Of a stretch of DNA of 64,000 nt, positions 63,187 to 64,000 are shown one piece after another. The stretch's first letter is position 1; every line of letters starts with the position of its first letter. Position numbers and translations under genes: made by a program. This DNA is from a virus: positions 71,977-135,976 of the IMG/VR virus record IMGVR_UViG_3300025131_000007. One strand, written 5' to 3'. Under the pieces are notes generated by a model. It made no database searches and was not told the origin of the DNA. It saw nothing but the letters and a program-made list of their open reading frames with translations.

Positions 63187-64000
63187 ATGTTATCTATGAT
63201 ATTTGGTGCGGTTGGTTTCTTGCTGGCTGCTTATGCTGTTATCGGAAACGACAGCGCTCAAACGCTTGGAACTTTTATTAGTTCGAATAAGAAGAAAACT
63301 GACTGGCGTTTGATGTGGGCTTTCACCTCTGTTATTTTGGCTTCTACTCTCCTGTATGGGTGGGGGCAAGGAGATATAGCGTTCGGGAGATTAAATAAAA
63401 TCCCTCTTCCGGAACAATTTCAGTGGTACCACGCCTTGGCTCCCATGTTGTTGTTGGGTCTTACTCGGTTTGGTGTGCCTGTATCAACGACACTTTTAAC
63501 TCTGAGCGCATTCTCAAGTGGACTCGTGTTAGAAAAGATTATAATGAAGTCAGCCCTCGGTTATGCTGTGGCGGCTCTTGCTGCTTATGGTATTTGGATG
63601 GTGCTTACTCGTTTCTTTAACGAGAAGAATCCCGTCAAGGAAGAACACAGAAGGTTTTGGACAATAGCACAGTGGTGCTCAACAGGTTTTCTGTGGCATA
63701 TGTGGCTTTCTCATGACATAGCCAACATCTTTGTTTATTTACCCAGAGAAGGCGTAGCGCTCCCAACAATGCTTGGGATTATTGGTATCCTGGTGGCTGG
63801 TTTAGGTCACTTATTTTATACTCATGGTGGCAAGATTCAAGAACTTGTTCTTTCTAAAAGTGGAACTCGCTTTGTTCGTTCTGCTTGTTTGATCGATTTG
63901 TTTTATGCTCTCGTGCTGTGGTATTTTAAAGTATATAATGATATACCTATGAGCACAACGTGGGTATTCGTTGGTCTTTTGGCGGGACGAGAATTGGCGG
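63187..64000 (+). CDS. PiT-like (phosphate/anion permease-related) membrane protein, 3'-truncated (not in ORF track)
   Basis: MLSMIFG...IGNDSAQTLGTF...GVPVSTT...SHDIAN...IPMSTTWVFVGLLAGRELA; multiple TMs; duplicated ND/HD and P.STT signatures. Confidence 0.75.
   Translation, partial: MLSMIFGAVGFLLAAYAVIGNDSAQTLGTFISSNKKKTDWRLMWAFTSVILASTLLYGWGQGDIAFGRLNKIPLPEQFQWYHALAPMLLLGLTRFGVPVSTTLLTLSAFSSGLVLEKIIMKSALGYAVAALAAYGIWMVLTRFFNEKNPVKEEHRRFWTIAQWCSTGFLWHMWLSHDIANIFVYLPREGVALPTMLGIIGILVAGLGHLFYTHGGKIQELVLSKSGTRFVRSACLIDLFYALVLWYFKVYNDIPMSTTWVFVGLLAGRELA

Noticed and set aside
1-64000. Bacterial chromosome (dnaE, groEL, clpP, ssrA, tRNA)
   Set aside because: No cellular operon context (no groES, clpX or smpB neighbours), mostly short unknown ORFs on one strand, and phage-type Dam and promoters.
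1-64000. Genome-wide stop-codon reassignment
   Set aside because: Conserved genes are intact in code 11 and end in TAA, TAG and TGA; only one internal TGA was seen.

Overview
This window looks like part of a large (jumbo/huge) dsDNA bacteriophage genome: AT-rich, very gene-dense, almost all genes on the + strand, standard genetic code. 1-21 kb holds replication, modification and proteostasis genes (DnaE C-terminus, J-domain protein, a candidate restriction endonuclease plus N4/N6 methyltransferase, dUTPase, phage Dam, thioredoxin, ClpP-like, GroEL, degenerate Dam-like, cupin, trypsin-like protease, nucleotidyltransferase). About 22.5-41.4 kb is an early-type accessory region driven by many near-consensus, partly duplicated sigma70 promoters. 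It is dominated by two tandem arrays (about 26 and 10 genes) of 50-90 aa 'MKVGDLV...LEVI' KOW/SH3-like mini-proteins with hypervariable cores, joined by a conserved ~27-nt junction that serves at once as C-terminus, Shine-Dalgarno, start and stop. This is the best candidate for an undescribed system, a shufflable micro-gene cassette array. A 171-nt long-hairpin (6S-like) RNA candidate sits directly in front of the first array; ClpS and a MoxR-AAA/VWA pair are also here. After a ~0.9 kb largely non-coding gap (41.4-42.2 kb), 42-59 kb encodes acidic proteins with shared N-terminal leaders (putative virion cargo) behind a CTAHTTA motif. The end holds a translation/host-interaction cluster: tmRNA (tag ANNNYYYEEVRLAA), an orphan higA flanked by a 34-bp direct repeat of the tmRNA 3' end, an AsnRS-like catalytic-domain protein whose stop codon lies inside tRNA-Gly(GCC), a MYXO-CTERM-like surface protein and a PiT-like permease. 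All calls come from manual motif reading; no database searches were run.
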